The notes under the pieces are model-generated. The model did not search any database. It was not told where the DNA came from and saw only the letters and a list, made by a program, of their open reading frames with translations. A stretch of 64,000 nucleotides of DNA from Candidatus Babeliales bacterium (GTDB lineage: Bacteria > Babelota > Babeliae > Babelales > JANWKD01): assembly GCA_963762115.1 (NCBI GenBank), contig CAVXJH010000003.1, forward strand, positions 160,001 through 224,000, written 5' to 3'. The position numbers and the translations under genes were made by a program. Positions 1 through 9,269 of the stretch are shown one piece after another (positions within the stretch are counted from its first letter, which is position 1; each line of letters starts with the position of its first letter).

Positions 1-1833
1 GTTGCGCTTGATCAGTTCAGAAATTTGAATATCTATTCACCGGAAGATTTTTTGAGCATTGATTGTGCAACGCAACGTAATTTAGAGTTAGTAAAAAATA
101 CGCAAGATGGCAGCAGAAAAAATACCTTATTTCAGGTGATGGATGGTGCCGTGACGGCAATGGGATCACGTACTATAAAAAAATGGCTTATGCGACCTTT
201 AGTGACATTAGATGCCATTAAACAACGCCAGGATGTTGTTGAGCGATTTATATTTGATATTTCTTTGGCGCAACATATTCGAGCTTTGTTACAGCGCATT
301 GGTGATGCAGAAAGGGTTATCGGGCGTATAATTTTATCGCGTGCTTCAGTGCATGATTACACTGCTTTATTAACGATTTTGCATAGTATTCCTGAACTTT
401 ATAGTTCTTTGCAGCAAGATACTATGCCGTCGTTATTGCGTTCTATAGCGCACTATTTGAATAGTGGTGATGTTTTATGCAAAAAATTATCATGTGCATT
501 GAATACTGATACGTCAAAAGAATGGATTATTGCTGCTGGTTTTAATGAACGATTAGATGTGCTGCGTGATCTTGTGGAAAAAAGTACGGTATTATTACTT
601 GAATTTGAAAAACGAGAACAAGAAAAGACGGGAATTTCTTCACTTAAAGTTCGCTATAATACTATTCAAGGATATTATATTGAAGTTACAAAACCGAATG
701 CTCATTTGGTGCCTCTTGATTATATTCGTTCACAATCCTTAGTGGGTAAAGAGCGTTTTACAACGCTTGAACTTAAAAAATTAGAAGCAGAAATGAATGA
801 AGCGCGCTTGTATATTGATCAAGTAGAAAAAGATCTTTTTGCAAGTCTTAAGGCTGAAGTAATGTCTCATGCAACGAGTTTGCGTAAAATAGCGCAAGCA
901 TTATCACAATTGGATGCGTTATTTGGGTTTGCACAGATTGGTTATTTGCATGGCTATGTTCGACCAATTTTTAATGATGAACGCACGGTTATGATCAAGC
1001 AGGGGAAGCATCCTGTTGTTGCTTCGCAATTACAGAATCATTTTATTCCCAATGATACACAACTTTGTGATGAAAAAACGTTGTGGATTATCACCGGGCC
1101 AAATATGGGAGGTAAATCGACCTATTTGAGACAAGTTGCTTTGATCAGTATAATGGCGCAGTGTGGCTCATTTGTGCCTGCTCAATCGGCTAATGTACCT
1201 TTGTTTGATAAAATTTTTTCACGTATTGGGGCTGGTGATAATGTTGCTGGCGGTAAAAGTACCTTTTTAGTTGAAATGGAAGAGACTGCTTTAATTTGTA
1301 CACAAGCAACCCCAAAAAGTCTTATTATTTTTGATGAGATTGGTCGTGGCACGAGCACGTTTGATGGGCTTGCCATTGCGCAGGCGGTTATTGAATATAT
1401 TTATTCAATAGTGAAGGCGCGGTGTCTTTTTGCCACCCATTATCATGAATTAACGGTTTTGCAAAAACAATTTCCTGGTATTGTCTGTTATCATGCAGCA
1501 AGCAAAAAAACTGTTGCCGGCATTTCATTGTTATATTCAATTCTTGAGGGTCATGCTGATGGTAGTTTTGGCATTGATGTTGCGAAAGTTGCGCATATGC
1601 CTGATCCGATTATTCGTCGTGCTCAAGAAATATTACAACTGCTTTTGGAGCCTTCACCAGAGCAAAAAGGCGCTCTTATGCAACTGCCCAATGATGTTTT
1701 GATTACCTTACGTGCGACCGTTGAGCAACAGAAAGAACTTTTGTCTGATTTATATGAGTTAGATTATAATAATCTTTCGCCCAAACAGGCATTTGATTTT
1801 TTATGGGCTATGAAAGAGAAGATTGATAAGTAA
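1..1833 (+). CDS. mutS: DNA mismatch repair protein MutS (5'-truncated by window)
   Basis: Frame open from base 1; TGPNMGGKST Walker A, STFLVEM, DEIGRGTS and FATHYHEL motifs; C-terminal SPKQA helix. Confidence 0.97.
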   Translation, partial: VALDQFRNLNIYSPEDFLSIDCATQRNLELVKNTQDGSRKNTLFQVMDGAVTAMGSRTIKKWLMRPLVTLDAIKQRQDVVERFIFDISLAQHIRALLQRIGDAERVIGRIILSRASVHDYTALLTILHSIPELYSSLQQDTMPSLLRSIAHYLNSGDVLCKKLSCALNTDTSKEWIIAAGFNERLDVLRDLVEKSTVLLLEFEKREQEKTGISSLKVRYNTIQGYYIEVTKPNAHLVPLDYIRSQSLVGKERFTTLELKKLEAEMNEARLYIDQVEKDLFASLKAEVMSHATSLRKIAQALSQLDALFGFAQIGYLHGYVRPIFNDERTVMIKQGKHPVVASQLQNHFIPNDTQLCDEKTLWIITGPNMGGKSTYLRQVALISIMAQCGSFVPAQSANVPLFDKIFSRIGAGDNVAGGKSTFLVEMEETALICTQATPKSLIIFDEIGRGTSTFDGLAIAQAVIEYIYSIVKARCLFATHYHELTVLQKQFPGIVCYHAASKKTVAGISLLYSILEGHADGSFGIDVAKVAHMPDPIIRRAQEILQLLLEPSPEQKGALMQLPNDVLITLRATVEQQKELLSDLYELDYNNLSPKQAFDFLWAMKEKIDK

Positions 1834-1859
1834 AAGGGCGAATTATAATTCGCCCTTTT
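1832..1859. terminator. Bidirectional intrinsic terminator
   Basis: Perfect hairpin AAAAGGGCGAATT-AT-AATTCGCCCTTTT between convergent genes. Confidence 0.85.
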
Positions 1860-1876
1860 GATTTTGTGTTCAAATG

Positions 1877-2686
1877 TTATTTGATTATTGTTGTGCCTTC
1901 AGTAGTTTTTATAGCTCTTGTTGATTTTGTTGAGCCACCAAAAGAAGTTCCTTCAGTAGTTTTAGGTTGTTTCTTTTCAACGGGCAATATATTTACAAGT
2001 TCGCTTTTATAAATAACTAAGCGACCAATTGCATACGCAATAAAATGTTTTGCTTTTTCGTTTTGAGCAATGAAAGTACCTTCAGTTGTTTTTATAATGG
2101 CAGGAGTTAATGTTGTTGGCGCTGATGTTATGATGCCGCCATGTTGAATATTTGCAGGTATTACTACTTCAGGCAATACTTTTATTTCTGTAAAGTGTGC
2201 ATGTAAATTTTGTACTAAGTTAGCAGCATTCGCTACTAATGCCAATATCATGCCTGCAGGTCCTTCAGTGAAACCAGGAACTTGACCTTTTACAGCATCA
2301 GCATATGATTCGCCGTTATAAAGATTGACTAAAACTTTGATAAGATTATCAACGGTTATTTCTCGAATAGCAACTGTTGTTGATAATACTTTTTCAAGTT
2401 TTTCAGAAGCATTTTTGTATGCATCATGTAATGCTAACGATGCAGCCTGAATGTTCAAAAGTTCATTCTTTGTTAACTTTTTAAAGTTTGCATCAATTAA
2501 TTTTTTGAAATCTGACGCTGCTGTTAATGGTAAAAGTTTTTTTGTTTTTACTACTATTGACTCATTGGTGATATCGGCAATGTCTTTTGCAAGAGCATTA
2601 AGGGTTAATGCAGGAGTGTTTTCTCCAGCAAAGGCCGCGTTTGTTAAAGCTAATAAACCGGTTATTAAGATTAATTGTTTTTTCAT
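1877..2686 (-). CDS. Hypothetical secreted protein with three KTTEGT motifs
   Basis: Likely start MKKQLILITGLLALTNAAFA (signal peptide) at 2686 with AAAGG upstream; ORF track begins at 2728. Confidence 0.8.
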   Translation of the reverse strand: MKKQLILITGLLALTNAAFAGENTPALTLNALAKDIADITNESIVVKTKKLLPLTAASDFKKLIDANFKKLTKNELLNIQAASLALHDAYKNASEKLEKVLSTTVAIREITVDNLIKVLVNLYNGESYADAVKGQVPGFTEGPAGMILALVANAANLVQNLHAHFTEIKVLPEVVIPANIQHGGIITSAPTTLTPAIIKTTEGTFIAQNEKAKHFIAYAIGRLVIYKSELVNILPVEKKQPKTTEGTSFGGSTKSTRAIKTTEGTTIIK

Positions 2687-2988
2687 GATAATACCTTTCA
2701 AATTTTTGATATATAAAATTATATGCAATAAAAAAAATTATTGCAGCTTATTAAAATAAGAGCATGGGGAAAAATAGGATTGAGGTCTCTAGTATCATAT
2801 AAAGAGTTTTTAACAAAGCAGCTGATTAAACCAATACTGCTTATCTCTTTTAAGGATAGCCAAAAAAGTGTTTAGAATTCAATGGTTTTTGCATTATTCT
2901 TGGGTTATTACTGTTTTTTTTAAAAATGTATGAGTCTTCCTAACACATAACGCGCTCTAAAAGCAATAGTTACCTCAAAATTGTTGTA

Positions 2989-4578
2989 CTATGCTGTTGG
3001 TATTAAAAACGTATAGGTTCCATACATGCGTTGAATTATTGATTTTTTCTGTTCAACAGTCAAATTTGGGAGTAGGAGATCATTAAGATCTTCAATGAAT
3101 GGATATTGATCATCCAAAGGAAGATCAGTCGTGCTTTTTTTCAATTCATGTACCCAAAAAACTAATAATCCTTGATCGGTATATGATATTTCTGTTGTAT
3201 TACTATATTTGTTTAAGGTGCGATGGAGTAATCTAATAGTTTTTTTTAGGGGTAGATTGTTTTTTTGATTAAAATAGCTAAGACCGCTTTTTCCGGTATT
3301 ATAAAGCATTTTTGCTAAAAGTACGGTGGGGAATAATGCTAGTAATTCAATAATGAGCCTGTATGATCTTAGTGTTTTTACAAGGAGGTTGTGAGTTTCT
3401 ATTACATCTTTAGCCACTTCAGTTCCTTGGGTCTTGGCGTGTAATAATTCAATTTCTATTGCTTGGGGTAGTTCTCCATAGATTGTGTTTCTAATTGAGT
3501 TTCTCATTAAAATATTTCTATCGCGTATAATTTTGGCAATATGGCCTTTATTGGCGTCTTCAATTTCTTTTTCTATGTCATGGTTGCTTGCTGTTTCAGT
3601 AATTTTATTTCTTGGCCAAAAAAAATCTCGCGTTGCTCGCCAATAATACCCTATTGTTCCTGAAATTCCATGCATTTCTTGATTTTGATTCAGTTGTTCT
3701 CGATATGATCGTATTGCTTCATTTCTTGCTTGTCGTTCAATTTCTACTGATTGTTCATCAATTGGTTGTTTTTCTATGAAAGCTGATTTGTCAGTAAGTG
3801 TTTCTATTGAGTTCACAATAGGATCGTGCATATGTGTTTGCCAATAATTATTTAATGCAGTATTGAGACTAGAATACCATTGTTTAATCTGTTCTTGGTT
3901 TTGATAAGCATAGGTTGCCAAAGCAAGAGCACCTATGGTTGTCGCTGAATAGGCAAACCAGTTTCTTCTAAAATGATTTGGTTTTTTATAACCAAAATAG
4001 GCATGCAGCATTCTTTTTTTGAAGGTGATGAGGTTTTTTTTATTACTTATGAGTAATTCTGCCCACTGAGTTTTGGGTAGTTGTTCTGGTTGAATTTCAT
4101 GAGGGGGCGGTAGAGGTTTATAGGAAACGCATTGTTCGATAAGTAAGAGGAGTTCACGCATGTTTTTTTCAATTTCTTCGGTTGATTTTTCCTGGTAGTT
4201 TTGGCCGAGATAATATTGAATACTACCCAAATAATAAGCATTTTGCTCTAATGCTTGTTTTAAAAAGGTAATTTTTTCATTAAGTTCTTGTTGCTGTGAT
4301 TTTTCAGAAAACCAACCGGTTGGTCCTTTTGAAATAAAATAACTTAATGAGGTTAATTTTTGCATTCTCCAATAATCAATATTTTCAGAAAGTTCACGAA
4401 GTATCTCTAATAAATCTTTTCTGAGTTCTTGTGCTTGATTGCAGCAACTTCTGACAAAATGAAAGTTGATTTGGTTCATGGTTGGCAAGGGGACAAGTAC
4501 CGATGAATTTTGTGCCGCTAGGGAAAAACAGGTTAATAGTGCGAATAAATAGAACTTTATTTTTATAGGTATGATCAT
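2989..4578 (-). CDS. NCA2/DGS1-like protein with N-terminal signal peptide
   Basis: KKPNHFRRNW + TM helix + W..L..YW..H..DP; GEL...IE; LLALFP; GLL; C-terminal DLNDL..L.VEQK..I.RM...Y.FL pattern recalls the eukaryotic NCA2 family. Confidence 0.6.
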   Translation of the reverse strand: MIIPIKIKFYLFALLTCFSLAAQNSSVLVPLPTMNQINFHFVRSCCNQAQELRKDLLEILRELSENIDYWRMQKLTSLSYFISKGPTGWFSEKSQQQELNEKITFLKQALEQNAYYLGSIQYYLGQNYQEKSTEEIEKNMRELLLLIEQCVSYKPLPPPHEIQPEQLPKTQWAELLISNKKNLITFKKRMLHAYFGYKKPNHFRRNWFAYSATTIGALALATYAYQNQEQIKQWYSSLNTALNNYWQTHMHDPIVNSIETLTDKSAFIEKQPIDEQSVEIERQARNEAIRSYREQLNQNQEMHGISGTIGYYWRATRDFFWPRNKITETASNHDIEKEIEDANKGHIAKIIRDRNILMRNSIRNTIYGELPQAIEIELLHAKTQGTEVAKDVIETHNLLVKTLRSYRLIIELLALFPTVLLAKMLYNTGKSGLSYFNQKNNLPLKKTIRLLHRTLNKYSNTTEISYTDQGLLVFWVHELKKSTTDLPLDDQYPFIEDLNDLLLPNLTVEQKKSIIQRMYGTYTFLIPTA

Positions 4579-4768
4579 AAAATTCCTCTTTTTTGCTGTT
4601 AATTTTAGTAAAAATAGGTAAGATATAGTTTATACCATATCACAAAAGGCATTATTATTCTAAGGGTACGTTTTTTAAGGTAATGCATAAACATTCTAGA
4701 CAGAATGATACAATATGGTAAACTAAAAGGCAGATATTTTTTCATTTAAAGTAATTCCAAAAGGAAAT

Positions 4769-5110
4769 TTGATGGCAACAGAACAAAAAACATCTTTGTT
4801 TCCTCGTTATGCTATTTTTCAAACGGGCGGTAAACAGTATCAGGCAATTGAAGGAAAAACAATTGCTATAGAAAAAATTGAAGGTGAAGCTGGTACTAGC
4901 TTAGAATTTAATGATGTTTTGCTTCGCAAAAATAGTGATAATGACATTCAGGTTGGGCAGCCATTTTTAGGGAATCCTATTAAGGCTTCTATTGTAAAAC
5001 AAATGCGCGGACCTAAATTAATTGTTTTTAAATTTAAAAGACGTAAAAAATCACGAGTAAAAAAGGGTCACCGTCAAGCAATTACTGTTATTCGTATTGA
5101 AACGATTTAA
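4769..5110 (+). CDS. rplU: 50S ribosomal protein L21
   Basis: YAIFQTGGKQY and FKFKRRK...GHRQ motifs. Confidence 0.97.
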   Translation: MMATEQKTSLFPRYAIFQTGGKQYQAIEGKTIAIEKIEGEAGTSLEFNDVLLRKNSDNDIQVGQPFLGNPIKASIVKQMRGPKLIVFKFKRRKKSRVKKGHRQAITVIRIETI

Positions 5111-5136
5111 CAGAATTCTTTATCCCTTAAAAAATT

Positions 5137-5166
5137 AAAAAGCCTCCTGAATGGGAGGCTTTTTTT
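5137..5166. terminator. Bidirectional intrinsic terminator
   Basis: AAAAAGCCTCC-loop-GGAGGCTTTTTT between rplU and the convergent trkA. Confidence 0.85.
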
Positions 5167-5812
5167 ATGATGCTAATTTTGCTAGGGTAATAAGTTTTTC
5201 TATAGGACCGGCAAAGAGTAATTGTTCATCTTCATTAACTAAATAATCGACATCAATGGGAATGATGGTATCATTCTTTCTGACTGCTATGCAGTGAATC
5301 ATATATTTATCAAAAAGCCGTAACTCTCCTATTGTTTTTCCAACAAATTTTGAAGGAGTAATGATTTGGCTAAACCCAAAATCTTGGGTAATTCTGGTAA
5401 TATGCGCATAGGGATAGCTTAAATCATCAGCTAATTTGCTACCAATTTCCTGTTCAGGTAAAACAACTTGATCGGATCCAATAAGTTTCAAAATATCTTT
5501 ATGGATTTCACTAACGGCTCTCGTGATAACGCGAGGAATATTAAGTCTTTTTTTTAATAGCGCGGTAACCAAAATAGATTGTGCAAAATTTTCGCCCATA
5601 GCGACAATTACGGTATCCATTTCTTCAATGCCAATAGAGCGCAATGATGATTCATCCTGTACTTTTAAGCATACTGACTGGGTAATTTGATCGCGTATTG
5701 AGGCAACAATTGATTCATTGCTATCAATACCAAGAACCTCCATGCCATTTTCAGCTAAGGTTGTGGCAACTCTAAAGCCAAAACGACCAAGGCCAATAAC
5801 GCAAAATTTCAT
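5165..5812 (-). CDS. trkA: Trk/Ktr K+ uptake NAD-binding RCK subunit (TrkA/KtrA family)
   Basis: VIGLGRFG Rossmann motif, V.PE motif, C-terminal RCK_C domain. Confidence 0.92.
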   Translation of the reverse strand: MKFCVIGLGRFGFRVATTLAENGMEVLGIDSNESIVASIRDQITQSVCLKVQDESSLRSIGIEEMDTVIVAMGENFAQSILVTALLKKRLNIPRVITRAVSEIHKDILKLIGSDQVVLPEQEIGSKLADDLSYPYAHITRITQDFGFSQIITPSKFVGKTIGELRLFDKYMIHCIAVRKNDTIIPIDVDYLVNEDEQLLFAGPIEKLITLAKLAS

Positions 5813-5834
5813 ACAATAGTACCCTTTCTTGTAA

Positions 5835-7169
5835 TTAACCTAATATAATTCTTTCTTCTGGATAAGAAAATTCTGGATTTTCATGTTTTTTCCAGAAAGC
5901 GAGTACCAGACCTAAAGCGCCAATTCGCCCAATTATCATGCTTAGTATAATAAAAAATTTTCCTGTTGAAGATAAATAGGGGGTAATTCCTGTTGATAAT
6001 CCTAGGGTGGCAAATGATGACACTGATTCAAAGAGAATATCCAAAAATGACATTCCTTGTTCAGTAATGAGTAAACAGAAGGTGGTTATAAGAATCCAAG
6101 TACAACCAAGAACAATGATAGCAATTGCTTTATACGTTTGATCTTTGGCAATTGTTCTTCCCATAATCGTGACAATTGTTTGCCCTTTGATGGCGGATTT
6201 TATGGTCGCTATCAGAATTGCAAAGGTGGTAACTTTAATACCACTACCCGTTGAACCTGGTGATGATCCAATAAATGCCATTATCATGATTAATAAGAGG
6301 GTAGCTAGTTGTAATTGATCAATGGGTATTGTTGTAAATCCTGTTCCTCTGAGTGCAATGCCATTAAAAAGAGCATTGGTCAGTCCGAGCGGCATCGACA
6401 AGGGAAGGAGTGTATTGTGTCTTTCGAGGATCCAATATAATAGTGCTGATGATGAAATCAGAATAAATGTCATAGAAATAACAATTTTAGAATGTAATGA
6501 GAGATGATTTCTTTTTCTTTGTTTGTATGTTTTTATGCATTGCATGATATCGTACCAGGTAATGAACCCAAGTCCTGAAAAAGTCATAATGCATGATACG
6601 GTTAATAAAAGCATAAAATTATCTTTGTGGGTGATAAATCCTTGGGGGAAAAGTGAAAGCCCTGCATCACAAAATGATGAAACAGCATGAAACGTTGCCA
6701 GAAAAAAAGCTTTAGAAAGTGTGTAATCTTGATAAATACTGCCAAATATTAAAAGAGCGCCAAGACTTTCAATGCATAGGCTAACAAGAATGATAAAAAA
6801 AAGAATACTTCTAATATTTTTCCATGATTCAAGTTCAAGCAATTGTCCAGCCATGAGTTGTGTTGCAAAACCAAAACGAATAAAACAAGACATTAAAAAT
6901 AAGGTCAGTGTTATGAGTCCCAGTCCGCCAATTTGAATAAGTATTAAAAGCATGCAGTGGCCAAATGGAGTGAAATTACTGAGAGGTATGGTTAGTAGGC
7001 CACAGGTGCATAATGCTGAAGTTGCCGTGAAGAGGGTATCAAGGAAAGGAATAGGAACTTTTTGACTCCATGGAACCGATAATAAAATTGTACCAACAAT
7101 GATAGCAGCAATAATTGAAACGAGAATGAAACGGGCCGGTGAAAATTGTGCCATACTCCGCGGCGACAT
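5835..7169 (-). CDS. trkH: Trk/Ktr K+ uptake membrane subunit (TrkH/KtrB family)
   Basis: Multi-TM protein; LIQIGGLG, PGSTGSGIK, LGLSTG and GRIG motifs. Confidence 0.92.
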   Translation of the reverse strand: MSPRSMAQFSPARFILVSIIAAIIVGTILLSVPWSQKVPIPFLDTLFTATSALCTCGLLTIPLSNFTPFGHCMLLILIQIGGLGLITLTLFLMSCFIRFGFATQLMAGQLLELESWKNIRSILFFIILVSLCIESLGALLIFGSIYQDYTLSKAFFLATFHAVSSFCDAGLSLFPQGFITHKDNFMLLLTVSCIMTFSGLGFITWYDIMQCIKTYKQRKRNHLSLHSKIVISMTFILISSSALLYWILERHNTLLPLSMPLGLTNALFNGIALRGTGFTTIPIDQLQLATLLLIMIMAFIGSSPGSTGSGIKVTTFAILIATIKSAIKGQTIVTIMGRTIAKDQTYKAIAIIVLGCTWILITTFCLLITEQGMSFLDILFESVSSFATLGLSTGITPYLSSTGKFFIILSMIIGRIGALGLVLAFWKKHENPEFSYPEERIILG

Positions 7170-7196
7170 AAGTAACTATTCCTCTGCATTAAACCT

Positions 7197-7781
7197 TTAT
7201 CGAATGAATCGAAACGTTAAAATTAATAAAGCTGTAAATAAGAGTACAAGAAGATTAAAGTACCGGTCAATACATTCTTTAATTTGCGCTCCCCAAATCA
7301 TTATTACTCCTGCTTCAAGAAAGAAGCGTGCTCCTCGAGAAATAAAAGAACAAACAATGAATGGAATAAGCGGTAATTTACAAAAGCCTGCTGATAGCGT
7401 TACTATTTTGTAAGGTAATGGAGTGAATCCTGCAATTAACACAGCCCATGATTCATATAAAGTATACTGTTCTATAGCATGATCAAATTGCTGTTGGCTA
7501 AAGAGAAAACTCACGAGTGTTGTGCCAATTGATTCCCAAATAGCGTAGCCAATATAATAAGCAGCAATGCCGCCGGCAACCGAAGCAAGTGTTGCCAATG
7601 TTGCATAATACAAAGCTCTTGAACGATCTTCAATGCAATATAAAATTAATAACGGATCAACCGGTATAAAAAAAATTGCTTCGATAAAAAATAAAAATAT
7701 TAATAATGGTGTTGCATAGGGTGTGTGCACCTGTTTGCCGAACCAATCGTATACTCGTTTTAATGAGAATGATGCTACCAT
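7197..7781 (-). CDS. YqaA/DedA (SNARE-associated) family membrane protein
   Basis: FIEAIFFIPVD, AGFTPLPYK and SRGARFF motifs. Confidence 0.9.
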   Translation of the reverse strand: MVASFSLKRVYDWFGKQVHTPYATPLLIFLFFIEAIFFIPVDPLLILYCIEDRSRALYYATLATLASVAGGIAAYYIGYAIWESIGTTLVSFLFSQQQFDHAIEQYTLYESWAVLIAGFTPLPYKIVTLSAGFCKLPLIPFIVCSFISRGARFFLEAGVIMIWGAQIKECIDRYFNLLVLLFTALLILTFRFIR

Positions 7782-7805
7782 GAGACTCCTTCCTTTATAT
7801 TTTTT

Positions 7806-9149
7806 TTATGGCAGTGAAAGCATAGCTTTCATATATTCTTTAACAGTTCCTAATGGTATTCGATCTTGCGAAGTTGAATCGCGATGTCGTACCGTAACGC
7901 AATTATCTTGCTCTGAATCAAAATCATACGTGAAACAAAGCGGCGTGCCAATTTCATCTTGTCGTCTATACCGTTTTCCAATTGAACCTGAATCATCAAA
8001 TTCAAGAGAAATAGCCAATTTTTTTATATCTTGATAGAGTTTGTGCATTGGTTCAGATTGTTTTTTTGTTAAGGGTAAAAAAGCAGCTTTGATAGGCGCT
8101 ATGGTTGGTTTTAAACGTAAAACGACGCGTGTTTCATTTTCAACAACATCTTCATGATAGGCATCAAACAAAATAGTTAAAAACAAACGATCAACACCAA
8201 CAGAAGTTTCTACAACATGAGGCATATACGAAGTTTTGGTTTCTTCATCAAAAACTGCTAGATCTTTTCCTGAAAATTTACTGTGTTGTGTTAAATCAAA
8301 GTCGCCGCGATGCGCGATGCCTTCAATTTCTTTCCAACCGAAGGGAAAATGATACTCAACATCACCCGTTGCTTTTGAATAGTGTGCAAGTTCTGTTTTT
8401 TCTTGATAGCGAATTCGTAAGTTTTCTTCTTGTAAGCCAAAATAATGGGAGTAAGAGGCTAAACGATCTTTACACCACAACGTGAAGTAATCATCGGATT
8501 GTTCAGGTTTGCAAAACCATTCCATTTCCATTTGTTCAAATTCACGCATACGAAATAAAAATTGTTTTGGGGTGATTTCGTTTCTAAATGCCTTACCGAT
8601 TTGAGCGATGCCAAAAGGAATTTTTATGCGATTTGAACGCATAACATTTTTAAAATTAACAAAGATTGCTTGAGCTGTTTCGGGGCGTAAATAAGCATCG
8701 GTAGAATGTTCAGCTGATGCGCCAACATTAGTTTTGAACATCATATTGAATTGGCGAACATCGGTCCACGCTTTTTGGCCGCAATGAGGGCACGATTTAT
8801 CAAGATCAATATCATCAGCACGGTAACGATGTTTACAGTTTAAACAATCAACTAAAGGATCATTAAAATTTTCAAGGTGACCTGAAGCTTTCCAAACGAT
8901 TTCAGGGGCAAGAAGGGCTCCTTCAAGTAAAAGAATATCTTCTTGCGCTGCAAACATTGATTTTAACCATGCTTTGCGAATGTTTTGTTTGAGCAGAGTG
9001 CCTAATGGACCTACGTCATATACGCCATTTAACCCACCATAAATATCAGCTGATGGATAGACAAATCCTCTTCTTTTGCATAAGGCAACTAATTTTTCGA
9101 GAGTAACGACTGATTCTGCAGGTTTCATTGCAATACATATTCCTTTCAT
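7806..9149 (-). CDS. glyQS: Glycine--tRNA ligase, alpha2 (eukaryote/archaea-type)
   Basis: KRRGF..IYGG, YLRPETAQ, FRNEITP, REFEQ and GSIGKRYRRQDEIGTP motifs; start may be 9128. Confidence 0.96.
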   Translation of the reverse strand: MKGICIAMKPAESVVTLEKLVALCKRRGFVYPSADIYGGLNGVYDVGPLGTLLKQNIRKAWLKSMFAAQEDILLLEGALLAPEIVWKASGHLENFNDPLVDCLNCKHRYRADDIDLDKSCPHCGQKAWTDVRQFNMMFKTNVGASAEHSTDAYLRPETAQAIFVNFKNVMRSNRIKIPFGIAQIGKAFRNEITPKQFLFRMREFEQMEMEWFCKPEQSDDYFTLWCKDRLASYSHYFGLQEENLRIRYQEKTELAHYSKATGDVEYHFPFGWKEIEGIAHRGDFDLTQHSKFSGKDLAVFDEETKTSYMPHVVETSVGVDRLFLTILFDAYHEDVVENETRVVLRLKPTIAPIKAAFLPLTKKQSEPMHKLYQDIKKLAISLEFDDSGSIGKRYRRQDEIGTPLCFTYDFDSEQDNCVTVRHRDSTSQDRIPLGTVKEYMKAMLSLP

Positions 9150-9269
9150 TCTAGTCGCTGAGTGCTTTGGAGTTCGTTCTTGTTATATTTTTTGTTTTAT
9201 CCTATTTTAGGAATGATAAAACTCAAATATTATTGTATAGTACCATTATTTATAAGAAATGGAATCTTA

